Below the pieces are notes generated by a model. That model did no database searches. It worked only from the letters and a program-made list of their open reading frames with translations, and had not been told where the DNA came from. From NCBI RefSeq assembly GCF_009914755.1, contig NC_060935.1: a DNA stretch of 64,000 bases. One strand, written 5' to 3'. Of the stretch, positions 61,009 to 64,000 are shown piece after piece (position 1 is the first letter of the stretch; the number at the start of each line of letters is the position of its first letter). The DNA is from the human T2T-CHM13v2.0 reference genome, Homo sapiens. Made by a program: the position numbers and the translations under genes.

Positions 61009-61513
61009 AGTACATTTTTGTCAGGTAACTGAAGTTTATCTTTTTACAAGTAATATCTTTTTAATTCAAACACATTTTTGCTGTGACTATTTCTATTATG
61101 TTTACCCCTATTTCTGCTTACCCTGAATAGATCTTGATGAAAATAATATATTTCTCTGAAAAGTAAGGATTGTCATTTTAAAAATTAGTAAACATGTATT
61201 TGACAAAATTATTAGCAGGCACAGCAGAAGCAGTTCATACAATCTGTTTGGTAAACTGAGTGATCTCCCAGTTCTGTGTTCCCCCAAATAGTTCACCCAC
61301 ACATTCCATAAAAGGTTCTCTTTAGGCAGATGCAACAATACCCTGAAGGCATAATTGTTAGCTTTATAGTCAGCATTAGGCAATTAAAATCCTCCGAAAT
61401 TAATTCCAGACTTGGCTGTAACCCTAAGAGCCATTCTGGAAGACAGAGGATGTAGAGTTTACGAGATCTTATGCCCTGTTTATAAGGGAGGGGAATATCC
61501 CCAAAATATTTAG

Positions 61514-61909
<396 letters not shown>

Positions 61910-62162
61910 TAATACTAGAATATTCCTTATATTATTCTTTCTAATATTTCTTATATTTCTAATATGCCTTACATTAGTCTTTAGGGCTAATAGGAATAGC
62001 TTCTGAAGTGCTTATAATAGCTGCTTCGGGAGTGTGGCCTTTCTGATTAAATGCTAGCTGATCACCCTTAGAATATAAATTCTTGTTAAATAACATATTT
62101 ACATTTAAATAGCAAGAAAGGAGAATGTAAGCATCCTGAAGATAAGAATTTTTGCCTGTTTT

Positions 62163-62602
62163 GACACTTCTCAAAAGAAGACATTTATGCAGCCAAAAAA
62201 CACATGAAAAAATGCTCATCATCACTGGCCATCAGAGAAATGCAAATCAAAACCACAATGAGATACCATCTCACACCAGTTAGAATGGCAGTCATTAAAA
62301 AGTCAGGAAACAACAGGTGCTGGAGAGGATGTGGAGAAATAGGAACACTTTTACACTGTTGGTGGGACTATAAGTAGTTCAACCATTGTAGAAGACAGTG
62401 TGACGATTCCTCAGGGATCTAGAACTAGAAATACCATTTGACCCAGCCATCCCATTACTGGGTATGTACCCAAAGGATTATAAATCATGCTGCTATAAAG
62501 ACACATGCACACATATGTTTATTGTGGCAGTATTCACAATAGCAAAGACTTGGAACCAAGCCAAATGTCCAACAATGATAGACTGGATTAAGAAAATGTG
62601 GC
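62163..62602 (+). mobile_element. 5'-truncated L1PA (ORF2 C-terminal part), host of a nested L1
   Basis: GACACTTCTCAAAAGAAGACATTTATG...GGATTAAGAAAATGTGGC, followed by an abrupt switch to an L1 5'UTR. Confidence 0.92.
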
Positions 62603-64000
62603 GGTTAAGAGGAGGATAGTCGAGATGGCCGAATAGGAACAGCTCCGGTCTACAGCTTCCAGCGTGAGCGACGCAAAAGACGGTTGATTTCTGCATTTCC
62701 ATCTGAGGTACTGGGTTCATCTCACTAGGGAGTGCCAGACAGTGGGCATAGGACAGTGGGTGCAGCGCACCGTGCACGAGCCGAAGCAGGGCGAGGCATT
62801 GCCTCACTCGGGAAGCGCAAGGGGTCAGGGAGTTCCCTTTCCTAGTCAAAGAAAGGGGTGACAGACGGCACCTGGAAAATCGGGTCACTCCCACCCTAAT
62901 ACTGCGCTTTTCCGACGGGCTTAAAAAACGGCGCACCACAAGATTATATCCCGCACCTGGCTCGGAGGGTCCTAGCCCACGGAGTCTCACTGATTGCTAG
63001 CACAGCAGTCTGAGATCAAACTGCAAGGCGGCAGTTAGGCTGGGGAAGGGGCGCCTGCCATTTCCGAGGCTTGCTTAGGTAAACAAAGCAGCAGGTAAGC
63101 TCGAACTGGGTGGAACCCACCACGGTTCAAGGAGGCCTGCCTGCTTCTGTAGGCTCCACCTCTGGGGGCAGGGCACAGACAAACAAAAAGACGCAGTAAC
63201 CTCTGCAGACTTAAATGTCCCTGTCTGACAGCTTTGAAGAGAGCAGTGGTTCTCCCAGCACGCAGCTGGAGATCTGAGAACGGGCAGACTGCCTCCTCAA
63301 GTGGGTCCCTGACCCCTGACCCCCGAGCAGCCTAACTGGGAGGCACCCCCAAGTAGGGGCAGACTGATACTTCACACGGCCGGGTACTCCTCTGAGACAA
63401 AACTTCCAGAGGAACGATCAGACAGCAACGTTCACGGTTCACAAAAATCCGCTGTTCTGCAGCCACCGCTGCTGTTACCCAGGCAAACAGGGTCTGGAGT
63501 GCACCTCTAGCAAACTCCAACAGACCTGCAGCTGAGGGTCCTGTCTGTTAGAAGGAAAACTAACAAACAGAAAGGACATCCACACCAAAAACCCATCTGT
63601 ACATCACCATCATCAAAGACCAGAAGTAGATAAAACCACAAAGATGGGGAAAAAACAGAGCAGAAAAACTGGAAACTCTAAAAAGCAGAACGCCTCTCCT
63701 CCTCCAAAGGAACTCAGCTCCTCACTAGCAATGGAACAAAGCTGGACGGAGAATGACTTTGACGAGTTGAGAGAAGAAGGCTTCAGACAATGAAACTACT
63801 CTGAGCTACAGGAAGAAATTCAAACCAAAGGCAAAGAAGTTGAAAACTTTGAAAAAAATTTAGACGAATGTATAACTAGAATAACCAATACAGAGAAGTG
63901 CTTAAAGGAGCTGATGGAGCTGAAAGCCAAGGCTCGAGAACTACGTGAAGAATGCAGAAGCCTTAGGAGCTGATGCGATCAACTGGAAGAAAGGGTATCA
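62603..64000 (+). mobile_element. L1PA3/L1PA4-like element: 5'UTR and start of ORF1; continues past the window
   Basis: CpG-rich L1 5'UTR retaining the ~129-bp segment (63391-63518). ORF1 ATG is at 63644 (MGKKQSRK), with a premature TGA at codon 50 (63791-63793). Confidence 0.95.

Overview
Primate DNA, almost certainly human chr11p15, recognised from the encoded peptides. A CpG island at ~44.75-46.4 kb acts as a head-to-head promoter. On the + strand it drives PDE3B: coding exon 1 is 45371-46348 (326 codons) and intron 1 runs to the window end. On the - strand it drives the long isoform of PSMA1 (proteasome alpha-1): a non-coding exon ending at donor 44750 and a 186-nt exon at 12444-12259 encoding MQLSKVK. 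The rest is repeat-rich intron: a near full-length L1PA2/3-like element inside MER1B (29462-35459), 5' ends of two other L1PA elements (1-2176, 62603-64000), a decayed ERVL provirus with an LTR16-type LTR, MaLR LTRs, about 15 Alus, L2/MIR and microsatellites. Almost all short ORFs in the track are repeat-derived or chance. I found no new multi-gene system. The best leads are a 19-bp perfect E-box/HRE palindrome upstream of PDE3B, a uORF-laden PSMA1 exon open except for one stop, two inverted L1s sharing a rare ORF0-killing change, and two template-switch scars in Alu sequence. Repeat subfamily names come from recalled consensus sequences, not a RepeatMasker run, and boundaries of old repeats are approximate.
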